64,000 nucleotides of DNA, taken from contig JAHFJP010000005.1 in the NCBI GenBank assembly GCA_023245765.1, positions 997 through 64,996 on the forward strand, read 5' to 3'. Below the pieces are notes generated by a model. That model saw only the letters and a list, made by a program, of their open reading frames with translations. It ran no database searches and was not told where the DNA came from. Position 1 is the first letter of the stretch. Each line of letters begins with the position of its first letter. The translations under genes were made by a program, and so were the position numbers. Positions 51,753-61,327 of this stretch are shown here, piece after piece. The stretch comes from Candidatus Peribacteria bacterium (lineage in GTDB: Bacteria; Patescibacteriota; Gracilibacteria; Peribacterales; Peribacteraceae).

Positions 51753-52460
51753 TCATTCGTCTTCCGAGTCCTTCTTGTCAGCTTTCTTCGGCAATTCGAG
51801 TAAATCCAAAAACGGCTCAAAAACCGTCTGGAGAATGCTCACGGAAAGACCCTGGAGAGATTCAAACGGTGCTGTGCGACCACCGCCTTCTTTGGATTTG
51901 AAGAATTCCTGCAGAATGAACGTGGTGAGCTGCAGGACCGTTCCGTCAATATTGCCTTCGTCAACCATCAGCTTCTGGAGAATTTTGGCGGCTTCAAGAG
52001 CCATGACCATCTGCATGCGCGTGATCCAGGCGATGAGGATGCGGTTGGTGTGCATGTCGATCGATTCTCCCGTCATGACCTGCATGTTGTCGTCGAACAC
52101 TTCCGCCGATGCCTCCTTCATTTCGGTCCGCACTTCCTCCAGATATTCTTTCACAACACCGCGGGACTCTTCGTCGATGAGCGAGAGAATCGCCAGAATG
52201 AAGACAGACGGACAATCACGGGCAACGAGGCGCGAGATCAGCACGAACAGGTGCGCGTAGCGGTCATCATTCAAAAACTTGATGATCGTCCGTGCAACAC
52301 GCGTATCACGCTTCTTGCTCTTCTTCTCCTCGCGCTGAATCGCCTGCATCGCTGCCGCTGCGGCGGCAAACCGCTGCTTGGCTTCTTCGCTGAGAGCCTC
52401 GGGAGCTCCGGATGAGCCTTCGCCTGGCGCGCCGATTTCAATGCCTCCTGCTTCGGACAT
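51753..52460 (-). CDS. hypothetical acidic helical protein
   Basis: 235-aa ORF with no recognised motifs. Abuts the thpR stop with 0 nt between them. Confidence 0.45.
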   Translation of the reverse strand: MSEAGGIEIGAPGEGSSGAPEALSEEAKQRFAAAAAAMQAIQREEKKSKKRDTRVARTIIKFLNDDRYAHLFVLISRLVARDCPSVFILAILSLIDEESRGVVKEYLEEVRTEMKEASAEVFDDNMQVMTGESIDMHTNRILIAWITRMQMVMALEAAKILQKLMVDEGNIDGTVLQLTTFILQEFFKSKEGGGRTAPFESLQGLSVSILQTVFEPFLDLLELPKKADKKDSEDE

Positions 52461-52483
52461 GAATCAATTGTAGCGAGAAAATG

Positions 52484-53017
52484 TCAGGTCTGCTTTCTTT
52501 TTGGGCCAATCTGCTGGAGCAGCTGCTCGATGCTCCTGGCCGTACTGCCTGCAAACGTGCGAAGTATCGGTTTCTGATCTGTTTTGAACAAACGACTCTG
52601 CAGTAGCAATGCTATTGAGATGAGAAAATTTCCCGCATGTCGGTTGGCTGTCGGATAATCAGATTCCTCGAAGTACTCGCCGTTGATCTGAAGTGTCGGG
52701 GTAGTGTCCTTTCTATGCATCTCAACATTGAGTCTGTTTTGCCATAATGAGGAACCATCTCCTTGCTTGTCCATGATGTCGTCGTCTTCAATGATCGAAA
52801 GTCTGCCACTGTTCCATGCACCACTGTCATCCACAGCAATGTTGCTGAAAACGCACAGTCTCGCTGCGTGAATGAGTTGCGCTGTCGTCAGAATTTTCAA
52901 TTCGCCAGTGCCGCTCTCAACAGCTTCACTCGAGCCCAGTGTCGTTATCTTCCCAGGAAGTGCGGCAATGCCCACGTCGACTAATTCTTTTCCCAGCAGC
53001 AGTGTTCGTCCGGCCAT
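52484..53017 (-). CDS. hypothetical protein
   Basis: 177-aa ORF at about 46% GC. Co-directional with 51753-52460 and 23 nt upstream of it. Confidence 0.45.
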   Translation of the reverse strand: MAGRTLLLGKELVDVGIAALPGKITTLGSSEAVESGTGELKILTTAQLIHAARLCVFSNIAVDDSGAWNSGRLSIIEDDDIMDKQGDGSSLWQNRLNVEMHRKDTTPTLQINGEYFEESDYPTANRHAGNFLISIALLLQSRLFKTDQKPILRTFAGSTARSIEQLLQQIGPKRKQT

Positions 53018-53096
53018 AAAGAGAATATAGCATAATTACTATATTCATCAAACTCTCCATTTCGCGACTAAAAACATCGTTTCAATCATTTTTTGG

Positions 53097-53171
<75 letters not shown>

Positions 53172-53241
53172 CGAGGATGTGATTCTGAAGCAGGAGTTTT
53201 GCTCTTGCAAGCAATAAAAACCTCATTAGAATGTCCCCGCT

Positions 53242-53529
53242 ATGGCGCATAAAAAGGCAGGTGGGTCTACCACAAATGGCAGAGACAGTCGGTCAAAGCG
53301 ACGCGGCGTAAAGCGCTTTGGTGATGAGAAGGTGAATGCCGGATCAATCATCGTTCGTCAGAAGGGTTTCTGGTACTTTCCGGGGAAGAACACGCACCTT
53401 GGAAAGGATTGGACCATTCATGCCGATGTTGATGGAGTTGTGAAGTACGCACAGAAGCGGCGTCTGAAGTTCAACGGCAACCGCGATCGCTGCACGATGG
53501 TGTACGTAGAGCCTGTTGCAGTGAAGTGA
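53242..53529 (+). CDS. rpmA: 50S ribosomal protein L27
   Basis: [33 protein letters not shown] lies 9 nt upstream. Confidence 0.95.
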   Translation: MAHKKAGGSTTNGRDSRSKRRGVKRFGDEKVNAGSIIVRQKGFWYFPGKNTHLGKDWTIHADVDGVVKYAQKRRLKFNGNRDRCTMVYVEPVAVK

Positions 53530-53533
53530 AGCG

Positions 53534-53980
53534 CTATATCCCCCGCTTCAATTCTTCAATCTTCTCTTTTTCGAAGAAGTAGAGTTTCCAGTGCAGATAG
53601 ACGGGCATTTGACGGAGTGTTTCTTCGAATGCGGCTGTTTGCTGTTCGCTCACGGAAAAATCAGGTCCGGGATTGATATCCAGCGAAGGCGGCTTTTGCG
53701 TGATGATCAGGAGCTTTTCACCGGGGTTCAATTTGCCAAGCGTTTCCTTTGCGTACTTGTCCTTGTACTGCGCGGAGCGGTAGTAATCGAGATCACCCTG
53801 CTCGGAATCAATATGCTTCTGCAACATGTCGTTCTGCTCGCCAATCTCCATCAAATGCGTATCGAACAAGATATTGCGGTAGTACGAGAGAGCGAGGCCG
53901 AACGCCATGAATCCCACGACCGTAAGGCCGACGACAATCGTCAGCTGTTTGCTCATCGGTTCTAAATCTCTGTACGCCAT
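53534..53980 (-). CDS. FtsB/DivIC-like (septum formation initiator-type) single-TM coiled-coil protein
   Basis: TM segment LTIVVGLTVVGFMAFGLALSYY followed by a coiled coil. Weak call. Confidence 0.4.
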   Translation of the reverse strand: MAYRDLEPMSKQLTIVVGLTVVGFMAFGLALSYYRNILFDTHLMEIGEQNDMLQKHIDSEQGDLDYYRSAQYKDKYAKETLGKLNPGEKLLIITQKPPSLDINPGPDFSVSEQQTAAFEETLRQMPVYLHWKLYFFEKEKIEELKRGI

Positions 53981-53984
53981 TGCA

Positions 53985-53992
53985 TGTAGAAT
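53985..53992 (+). promoter_or_regulatory. -10 box TGTAGAAT, 6 nt before the murC GTG
   Basis: TAGAAT at 53987-53992, GTG at 53999. The octamer is identical to the one upstream of tal. Confidence 0.5.
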
Positions 53993-53998
53993 ACCATT

Positions 53999-55294
53999 GT
54001 GAAGATCTACTGTTCAGGAATCGGCGGCATTGGTTTGAGCGCATATGCATCGCTGCAGCGTGCGGCGGGTCATGATGTGTTAGGCAGCGATCGTGCTGTA
54101 GGGGCGCAGCATGCTGCGCCCTTGTTGGATGATCTCCGCTCGCAGGGCATCACCATCACGTTGGATCAATCTGGAGCATCCGTGCCTTCCGATGCCGATG
54201 TATTCGTCTATTCCGAAGCGATTCCTGTGGAGGCTCCTGAGCGGAAGCGCGCAAAAGAGCTTGGCATTCCGCAGAAGTCGTATCCTGAGGCTCTCGGAGA
54301 CCTCTCAAAAGGCCATACCGTCATCGCCGTCTGCGGTACGCACGGGAAATCGTCCACGACGGGAATGGCGGCACGCCTGTTGATGCATAGTGGGCGCGAT
54401 CCGACCATTGTCGTTGGAACCAAACTCAAGGAATTGGAGGGCAGGAATTGGCGAAAGGGAAGAGATGGAGGCATTTTCCTCCTCGAAGCCTGCGAATACC
54501 GTAACTCGTTCCATCACTACAATCCATCGATCATCCTGATGACCACGTGCGATGGCGACCACTTCGACTTCTACAAATCGATCGAGGACTACCGTGCGTC
54601 GTTCATCGCATTCATCCACCGGCTTCCCAGCAATGGCACGTTGATCACACATCTGGGCGATCCCGATTGCCGTGCCATCGCCGATGCGTCCGACCGTACA
54701 GTCATTGATGCCGACACAGAGCCGCTGATTGCCCTCAAGACCCCCGGACGGCACATGCAGGGCAATGCGCAGTTGGTGCTCGCACTCGCAAAGCTCTTGG
54801 GCATACCGGACAAACAGGCACAGTCGGCCGTGTCCGGATACGCGGGGAGCTGGAGACGCCTGGAGTTGAAAGGTACGTTCGGCAACGGCATTCCGGTGAT
54901 CGACGATTACGGACACCACCCGCGCGAAATCCGGGCGACGCTCGATGCGCTCATAGCGGAGTATCCCGGCCGGCGCATCATCTGCGCGTTCCAGCCCCAT
55001 ACGCATGACCGGACACTCAAGTTGTATCAGGAATTTACGGAATGTTTCCGTGGCATCGATACCGTGGTCGTTACCAATGTCTATGAGGCGCGAAAGGACA
55101 TCGAAACAGAGAAGGTGGATCTTCCGGCCTTCATCAAGGACATCGAAAAAGCCAGCCATGTGCGGTGTGTGGATGGGTGTGGGATCGCCGAAACAGAGAA
55201 GATGCTTAAAGGGGAGGTCCTGCGTTCAGGCGATGTCCTCGTCTGCATGGGCGCCGGCGATATCACCGGTCTTGCATCATCCATGGTCGCCTAG
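53999..55294 (+). CDS. murC: UDP-N-acetylmuramate--L-alanine ligase
   Basis: IYCSGIGGIGLSAYA, VCGTHGKSSTTGM and DDYGHHPREI. Confidence 0.9.
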   Translation: MKIYCSGIGGIGLSAYASLQRAAGHDVLGSDRAVGAQHAAPLLDDLRSQGITITLDQSGASVPSDADVFVYSEAIPVEAPERKRAKELGIPQKSYPEALGDLSKGHTVIAVCGTHGKSSTTGMAARLLMHSGRDPTIVVGTKLKELEGRNWRKGRDGGIFLLEACEYRNSFHHYNPSIILMTTCDGDHFDFYKSIEDYRASFIAFIHRLPSNGTLITHLGDPDCRAIADASDRTVIDADTEPLIALKTPGRHMQGNAQLVLALAKLLGIPDKQAQSAVSGYAGSWRRLELKGTFGNGIPVIDDYGHHPREIRATLDALIAEYPGRRIICAFQPHTHDRTLKLYQEFTECFRGIDTVVVTNVYEARKDIETEKVDLPAFIKDIEKASHVRCVDGCGIAETEKMLKGEVLRSGDVLVCMGAGDITGLASSMVA

Positions 55295-55296
55295 AC

Positions 55297-56571
55297 CTAC
55301 CGTCCTGCAGATGATGACGATGCGGCCTGGTATTTTTCGTAGACCGTGATCAGGATCTTCGAGATCTCCGCGCGCGTGATCTGCTCCGACGGGTGGAAGA
55401 GGCCGGTTGGTTTGCCATCGGGGCCGGTAGAGCCGGAGACGATTTTTTCGGCTGCGGCGGTCTCGATTGCACCGCTGTACGGAGTTTTTCTCAAAACATC
55501 GGTGAACACCGTTCCCGTTGGCCACTTCGCAGGGACGTCGAACAGCTGCAACAGGGTCGTCACGACTTCGGCTCGTGTCGCTGGGCGGTTGGGGTCGATG
55601 GAGCCATCGAGGTAAATGAGCCAGCCCCGTTCCTCCGCGGAGGCGATGTACCGCGTAAACCACTGGCCACGTGCAAGGGGATTCTGTGGTGCTGACATGA
55701 ACTCATTCTCATTCAGTTTCAGTGCAGTATGGGCAATCTTCGCGAGTTGTGCGACCGTCACAGGGTCGCCGGGCCCGAATTTGCCAGTTGAAACGCCATT
55801 CATGTCCGTATATCCACCCATGACACCACGCTTCGTGACAGTCGCGACGTACGGGGCAAACCACGAATCGTATGGGACGTCGGTGAATGTGAGCGTCTCA
55901 CCGCCGATTTTTGTGCTGATGTGCTCCGGGGCGTTGTCGGTTTCCACCGGACGAAACGATTTACAGACGATTTCAACATTGAAGTTCACGCGGTCATCCT
56001 TCTGCAGCAATCCCGATTGTGCTGGTGGCTGCGGACAGCCGTCTGGACGATACGTGACGCTGTAATTGCCGATCGGAAAGGGTGAAAATTCCGCTGGAGT
56101 CACGCCTTTCTTCGTCATGCTGTTTGGTCCCACCAGTACGAACGGAACGCCCGAGGGAATGCTGTTGACCCCAACTTTTCCGGAGATCGTCAGCGTGTAA
56201 CTGACGGCGATCCTTAGTGTCATTTTATCGGCGAGATCGAACGTGATTTGCGGGGTCTCGGACGTCGCAAGGACCTCATCGCCGAGAAAGAGATCAATAT
56301 GTGTGCTTGTCCCGTTGGGCGCATTTGCGAGGAATGTGTATTTGCCCGGGAGCATATCCGGCATCGTCAGTTGCTTATCCGTTCGCTTGAACGATTCCTG
56401 GTTCGGCTGGAGCATCGTCCAGTCGCCCACCGCGTCGAGCTCGCTCTTCTGTTCAACGATGATCGTACCGCCGGTCAGGTCATTCTGGGTGTCCTGCGCA
56501 AACAACGGCAGTGCTGCTACAAGCAGAACGGCGAAGAGAGGCAACGTGAGACGAGTGGTGAGGGTGCGCAT
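55297..56571 (-). CDS. secreted PEGA-like / C-terminal SLH-domain surface protein
   Basis: Signal peptide MRTLTTRLTLPLFAVLLVAALPLFA from the internal ATG (the ORF extends to 56595). PEGA-like VNSIPSGVPFVLVG. SLH repeats FTDVPYDSWFAPYVATVTKRGVMGGY and FTDVLRKTPYSGAIETAAAEKIVSG. Confidence 0.7.
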   Translation of the reverse strand: MRTLTTRLTLPLFAVLLVAALPLFAQDTQNDLTGGTIIVEQKSELDAVGDWTMLQPNQESFKRTDKQLTMPDMLPGKYTFLANAPNGTSTHIDLFLGDEVLATSETPQITFDLADKMTLRIAVSYTLTISGKVGVNSIPSGVPFVLVGPNSMTKKGVTPAEFSPFPIGNYSVTYRPDGCPQPPAQSGLLQKDDRVNFNVEIVCKSFRPVETDNAPEHISTKIGGETLTFTDVPYDSWFAPYVATVTKRGVMGGYTDMNGVSTGKFGPGDPVTVAQLAKIAHTALKLNENEFMSAPQNPLARGQWFTRYIASAEERGWLIYLDGSIDPNRPATRAEVVTTLLQLFDVPAKWPTGTVFTDVLRKTPYSGAIETAAAEKIVSGSTGPDGKPTGLFHPSEQITRAEISKILITVYEKYQAASSSSAGR

Positions 56572-56575
56572 GATG

Positions 56576-59071
56576 TCAGTATACCTGTTGCTCAAGAGCC
56601 ATTGGCAATGCCTGTTCCCAGATTTTCTTCAGTTCTTCAATGTCTTGGGACAACAGATCATGTACACCGTTTTTAACGTGGAGCGTTTTTGCACCCGTCA
56701 CAATCCCGATGGCATGTGCGCTCACCGAATGCTTTTTGCAGAGGGCGAGAAATGTCTCATTGTTGTTGGGAGCAACTTCGACGACAAATCCCGGGGTTTG
56801 CGTAAAGAGAAGTTTATCCACGCTCAGGGAGCTCTTGAGCGATCCCACGTCGATCGTCACGCCGAGTGATCCACCGATCTTGCGCTGTGGCATGAGCATT
56901 TCAAACAGCGTGAGGAGGAGCCCTCCGTCGCTGATGTCGTGTGAGGAGAGAAGGAGTCCGCTCCCTACAGCGTCGATGATGAGCGTCATTTGCTTCGTGA
57001 CTTCATCGAAGTCCGGGTGTGGCAATTGCGAGCCGAGGAGTTCGTTGCGCGCAGCTCCAGTGGCCGCTTCCAGGATTTCGTAGTACGCCGAGCCGCCGCA
57101 TTCATCCTTCCGCTCGCCAATGAGGTACAGATGCGAGCCGGCCTTTTTGATCTGCATTGTGATGGCTTTCGTCGCATCTGCAATCGCGCCGATGCAGCAG
57201 ACAATTGCTGAGGGCGGGATCGAACTGCCATCCGGAAGCGAATTGTAAAGACTCACGTTCCCGGAGATGACCGGCACACATTCCCCCTTGAATGTGACTG
57301 TTCTCGCCGCGTCACTGATGCCGCGAACGCCCTCTTCCAGTGATGCCAGTTGGGCGGGAATCTCGGGATTGCCGTAATTCAGGCAGTCCGTGAGCGCGCG
57401 GGGAGTTCCACCGACTGCAGCGACGTTCATCATCGATTCGACGGATGCGAGGACGCCCTGCCAGTATGCGGAAATTCTTCCGTACCGGGGATTCCCGTCT
57501 CCGGCGAATACCGCGCCTGTCCGTTCTTCTTGTTCCGTCAGCTGCCAGCCGGGATGCGTACCGCCAGGAAGATACGACAGGAGATCCGTCAGCGGCGTAA
57601 TCACGGATGCGTCGGCCTCGCCGGCGTCGATGATGGTGTTGCCGATCACAGACTTGTCGAAGTGGCGGAAGACGCGGGATTTTGATGCGTGGTTGGGATG
57701 ACTCAAAAGTAAATGAAAAACACTGGTGATGCTTAATTTTATGCCCTCACCCGGCGCCGCGACGGCGCCACCCTCTCCCGCAAGCAGGAGAGGGGACTGT
57801 ACCGTGATTGTTCCTTTTTCGTCGCAATGAATCTCCGGTTCCTTCCTCTTCGCTTCCATGAGTTTTGTCGGGCGGGTGTAGAGAAGGCCGCTCGTGATGT
57901 CCTGTGATTTTGCCTTACAGACAGTCACTCCTTTGTGGGTCAGATGGTAGATGCCGGAGTCGTTCACCGTTCCAATCACGCTCGCACGCGCACCCTCAGC
58001 GACGCTCGGCAGATCCCAGTCAACGTTGTAGTGCTTCAGAATTTGCTGTGTGAGTGACGGATGGCACATCCAGCAAAAGCGTTCCTGCGTTTCGGCACAC
58101 GCGATCACCTCCGGCGGGAGATTGGGGATGGAGACATGGACCTTGTCGAGCTGTACATCGGCTCCGAAATTCTTCCCCGCAACTTGTTCGACCGTTGCAC
58201 AGACGACGCCCCCGGCACCGAGATCTTTGAAGCTCACGCGATGCAGATGTTCGGTTGCTGCGAGCCAGTCGAACAGCGCGTATGTCGAGATCAGTATGTG
58301 GCGCTCCAGGAAGGGGTTGGGCTCCTGCACGGCTCCCGTGTTCTGTTCCTTCTTGTCTTCTTCAATACTCAAACTCGCGAATGCCGCACCGCCGAAACCA
58401 CTGCGGTCTGTCGGTTTTCCGATGAGAATGATGTCGTACTTCTCCTTCGCGGCTTCCTCCGGTACTTCGCTGTGGATCACTTCGTCTTCGCGGACGATCC
58501 CGATTGCGATCGCGTTCACGAGGCAATTGCTGTTGAAACCTGCGTCGAAGACCGTATCACCGCCGAGGTTTGGAACACCGAGGGGATTGCCGTACCCGCC
58601 GATGCCGCGCATGACCTCCTTTGCGATACTCTTCGATTCAGCACTCTTGAGATCACCGAGGCGCAGTAAATCCATGCATCCCACAACGCGCGCACCCATG
58701 CAGGCGACGTCTCTCACCGTTCCTCCAACGCCGGTCGCTGCACCTTCAAATGGCACGATCTGCGAGGGATGATTGTGCGATTCGTGTGAGACTACAATGC
58801 CCCAGCGCTTCCCTGGAGGACCATCGGTCAATGCGACGATGCCACTATCTTCCTTCGGTCCAAGAATGACGTGCTTGCCGGTGGTTGGGAACATTTTCAA
58901 AAAGCGGCGTGATGATTTGTAGCTGGAGTGCTCACTGCCCTGTATTCCCCAAATGACTGCTTCGACCACGGTTGGAGCTCTTCCGAGCAGTGTTTCGATC
59001 TTGCGTGCTTCCTCAGCTGTGAGTCCGATGGAGTATTTCTTGAGCGATTGCTTCACGTCCGCGTCGCTCAT
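56576..59071 (-). CDS. purL: phosphoribosylformylglycinamidine synthase subunit PurL
   Basis: GLTAEEARKIETLLGRAPTVVEAVIWGIQGSEHSSYKSS, SHNHPS and GGDTVF. The ORF extends to 59140 and ATG 59071 is preferred. It contains the in-frame hairpin element at 57744-57795. Confidence 0.9.
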   Translation of the reverse strand: MSDADVKQSLKKYSIGLTAEEARKIETLLGRAPTVVEAVIWGIQGSEHSSYKSSRRFLKMFPTTGKHVILGPKEDSGIVALTDGPPGKRWGIVVSHESHNHPSQIVPFEGAATGVGGTVRDVACMGARVVGCMDLLRLGDLKSAESKSIAKEVMRGIGGYGNPLGVPNLGGDTVFDAGFNSNCLVNAIAIGIVREDEVIHSEVPEEAAKEKYDIILIGKPTDRSGFGGAAFASLSIEEDKKEQNTGAVQEPNPFLERHILISTYALFDWLAATEHLHRVSFKDLGAGGVVCATVEQVAGKNFGADVQLDKVHVSIPNLPPEVIACAETQERFCWMCHPSLTQQILKHYNVDWDLPSVAEGARASVIGTVNDSGIYHLTHKGVTVCKAKSQDITSGLLYTRPTKLMEAKRKEPEIHCDEKGTITVQSPLLLAGEGGAVAAPGEGIKLSITSVFHLLLSHPNHASKSRVFRHFDKSVIGNTIIDAGEADASVITPLTDLLSYLPGGTHPGWQLTEQEERTGAVFAGDGNPRYGRISAYWQGVLASVESMMNVAAVGGTPRALTDCLNYGNPEIPAQLASLEEGVRGISDAARTVTFKGECVPVISGNVSLYNSLPDGSSIPPSAIVCCIGAIADATKAITMQIKKAGSHLYLIGERKDECGGSAYYEILEAATGAARNELLGSQLPHPDFDEVTKQMTLIIDAVGSGLLLSSHDISDGGLLLTLFEMLMPQRKIGGSLGVTIDVGSLKSSLSVDKLLFTQTPGFVVEVAPNNNETFLALCKKHSVSAHAIGIVTGAKTLHVKNGVHDLLSQDIEELKKIWEQALPMALEQQVY
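57744..57795. repeat. CCCTCACCC / CCCTCTCC-loop-GGAGAGGG hairpin element, copy inside the purL CDS
   Basis: CCCTCACCCGGCGCCGCGACGGCGCCACCCTCTCCCGCAAGCAGGAGAGGGGA. Read on the gene strand it encodes SPLLLAGEGGAVAAPGEG. Confidence 0.75.
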
Positions 59072-59195
59072 TGCCGAAAACTGGAGTGTCGGGGCTTCTA
59101 TGGGGGAAGGATATGGAGAGCGCGCAGCGCAGGCAAGCATCTCGAAAGGACCGCAGCATTGCTGCTGCGGCCTTCCGTAGGTGACGATGGGGAAA

Positions 59196-59777
59196 TCATT
59201 CCTCCTGGCTGAACCGGCAGATCAACTTCTCACCGATGCTCAGCATAAAACCCTTCTCTCCTCGAATGATGTAGACCTCACTGGGTCCGGAAATGATTCC
59301 CGGGCTAACGACCGTCACGTTTTTTGTGCGGAGCGTGACGTCCGTGCCGCGGAGATCCATTTCGACCATGAAGTCATACTTTTCGGCCGGAGTGATCTTC
59401 ACATCCGGTGCCGCCTCAATGACGACTTGTTCTTTGAAGCGGTAGAACTTCACAACGACCTGGCCCTTTGGCCGGAATTCCTTTTCCTTCGGTTTCTTGG
59501 CGCCGGGTTGGTCCTCAACGTTGAACGGCACCAAGCGGCCAATTTGCGGATCGCCTGGCTTCTTCGCCGGCTCGACTTCCTTGAGGACGCCCTCCGGCCC
59601 GATGGCCGGGGGCTTCGGCTCCGCCTTTTGATAGTGGATGAACAGCGGAGCAGTGGTTTTTTCCAATTGCTGCATTTCCTCGCAGCGGAGGTGACGACGG
59701 CATTTCAGCAGTTGAGCGTCGGCTTCCACCGAGCCCAACAACAGAAGCGCCATGCAGGCCAAAATAAGGCGGTTCAT
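59196..59777 (-). CDS. hypothetical secreted protein
   Basis: Signal peptide MNRLILACMALLLLGSVEA, Lys/Pro-rich middle region, no recognised domain. Confidence 0.45.
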   Translation of the reverse strand: MNRLILACMALLLLGSVEADAQLLKCRRHLRCEEMQQLEKTTAPLFIHYQKAEPKPPAIGPEGVLKEVEPAKKPGDPQIGRLVPFNVEDQPGAKKPKEKEFRPKGQVVVKFYRFKEQVVIEAAPDVKITPAEKYDFMVEMDLRGTDVTLRTKNVTVVSPGIISGPSEVYIIRGEKGFMLSIGEKLICRFSQEE

Positions 59778-59974
59778 GATTTCCTCCTTTCGCTGTGCCC
59801 CACGGACATGATCTCCTAGCCCAGTTGCTCGAAGATCATGTGATTCCGAGAAATGGGGCCGTGAAAATCATGAGTACAGGGGCACGTGAATTGACAAAGA
59901 ACTCATATAGAATTTTATATTATTTTTAAATTTTGTCAATACGCTCACAGGGCTGAGCCCTGCATGCTGTTTGG

Positions 59975-61327
59975 GTGAAATTGCCTCAATTTCTTCAACA
60001 GCACCGCCTGATGGGTGGTGCAATCGTTCTTGCGGTGACGGGATTCTCCGCGTCATTCGTTGGGCTGATTCGCGATAATCTTCTGGCCCGAACGTTCCCT
60101 GGTCTTGGCGTCGTTGACGTATACGTGAGCGCGTTCCGCCCGAGCGATCTGCTTTTTCAGGTGTGCATCATGTCCGCGCTCGGGACGGTCTTTGTACCGA
60201 TTCTTGCAGCGCACAAAGCCCATGGTAGGCGCGACGAAATCAACAGCGTACTGACCGGGACGATGGCGATGGGAGGTGCACTGTTCGCACTCATCGGTCT
60301 CGGTTTGGCACTCGCGTTCCCGTGGATCGCACACTACATGGTGAAGTTCACGGGTGAAGAGCTCGCGCTCTATATTCGCTTCGGGCAACTGGCGCTCCTC
60401 ACAAACTTCCTCTTCGTTTTCGGCAACTCCTTCGGGCAGTACCTCATCACCGAGCAGCGCTACTGGATCTACGGCATCACGCCGATTGTCTATACGCTCG
60501 GGACGATTGCTGGGACACTCTGGCTCACGCCGTTTTTTGGTGTCTATGGACCGATGGTTGGCACGGTCGGCGGCGCAGTCCTCTACGTGCTCGTCCGCGC
60601 GGCTGCGGTGTTCCACTACGGCTTCCGGTTTCCACCCTTCGGCTCCGCTCAGGGTCTCTGGCATCCCGATCTCCATGAGATGGGCCTGCTCATGCTCCCG
60701 CGCATGTTCGCCCTCGGCGCACTCCAGCTCCAGTTGCTGCTCTTCGATACGATCGCTTCGGGTCTCGATACCGGATCAATCACGATCAATGCCTATGCAC
60801 GGAACTTCCAGGGAGTGATTGTCGGAGTCGCCGGCGTTGCACTTGCTCAGTCTGCCTATTCGTTGCTCGGCCAAGCCGCGGCGAAAAACGAATGGCTGCG
60901 CTTTAAAGTCTATGTGGAAAAAGGTATTGGGATGATGCTCGCGCTTACTCTTCCTGCGGCACTCGGACTGATCATCTGTGCGCCCATTGCTGCGCGCCTG
61001 GTCCATCTGCAATCTGACGCATGGTACCCAGCATTCCGGATGAGTTTGATTCTGTACGCACTCAGCGTGCCCTTCGAAAGCACAGCACACCTGCTCCTGC
61101 GGTCGTTCTATTCTCTCAAGAACACGATGATCCCCGCGGTGCTTGGTGTCGGCTCCGGTCTCTTTGCCGTCGCAATTGCCTGGCAACTCTCACCAACCTA
61201 CGGCGTCTTCAGCCTCCCCCTCGGCTACACGCTGGGCCAGGTCACGGAGACAATGATCCTGGGAGTGCTGCTCATGAGGACGATCAAGATGCGATCTCAA
61301 ACGACGCATACGGTTTCTCATCCGTAG
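59975..61327 (+). CDS. murJ: lipid II flippase MurJ
   Basis: 450 aa and polytopic. FSASFVGLIRDNLLARTF is typical of the MurJ N-terminus. GTG start. Confidence 0.85.
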   Translation: MKLPQFLQQHRLMGGAIVLAVTGFSASFVGLIRDNLLARTFPGLGVVDVYVSAFRPSDLLFQVCIMSALGTVFVPILAAHKAHGRRDEINSVLTGTMAMGGALFALIGLGLALAFPWIAHYMVKFTGEELALYIRFGQLALLTNFLFVFGNSFGQYLITEQRYWIYGITPIVYTLGTIAGTLWLTPFFGVYGPMVGTVGGAVLYVLVRAAAVFHYGFRFPPFGSAQGLWHPDLHEMGLLMLPRMFALGALQLQLLLFDTIASGLDTGSITINAYARNFQGVIVGVAGVALAQSAYSLLGQAAAKNEWLRFKVYVEKGIGMMLALTLPAALGLIICAPIAARLVHLQSDAWYPAFRMSLILYALSVPFESTAHLLLRSFYSLKNTMIPAVLGVGSGLFAVAIAWQLSPTYGVFSLPLGYTLGQVTETMILGVLLMRTIKMRSQTTHTVSHP

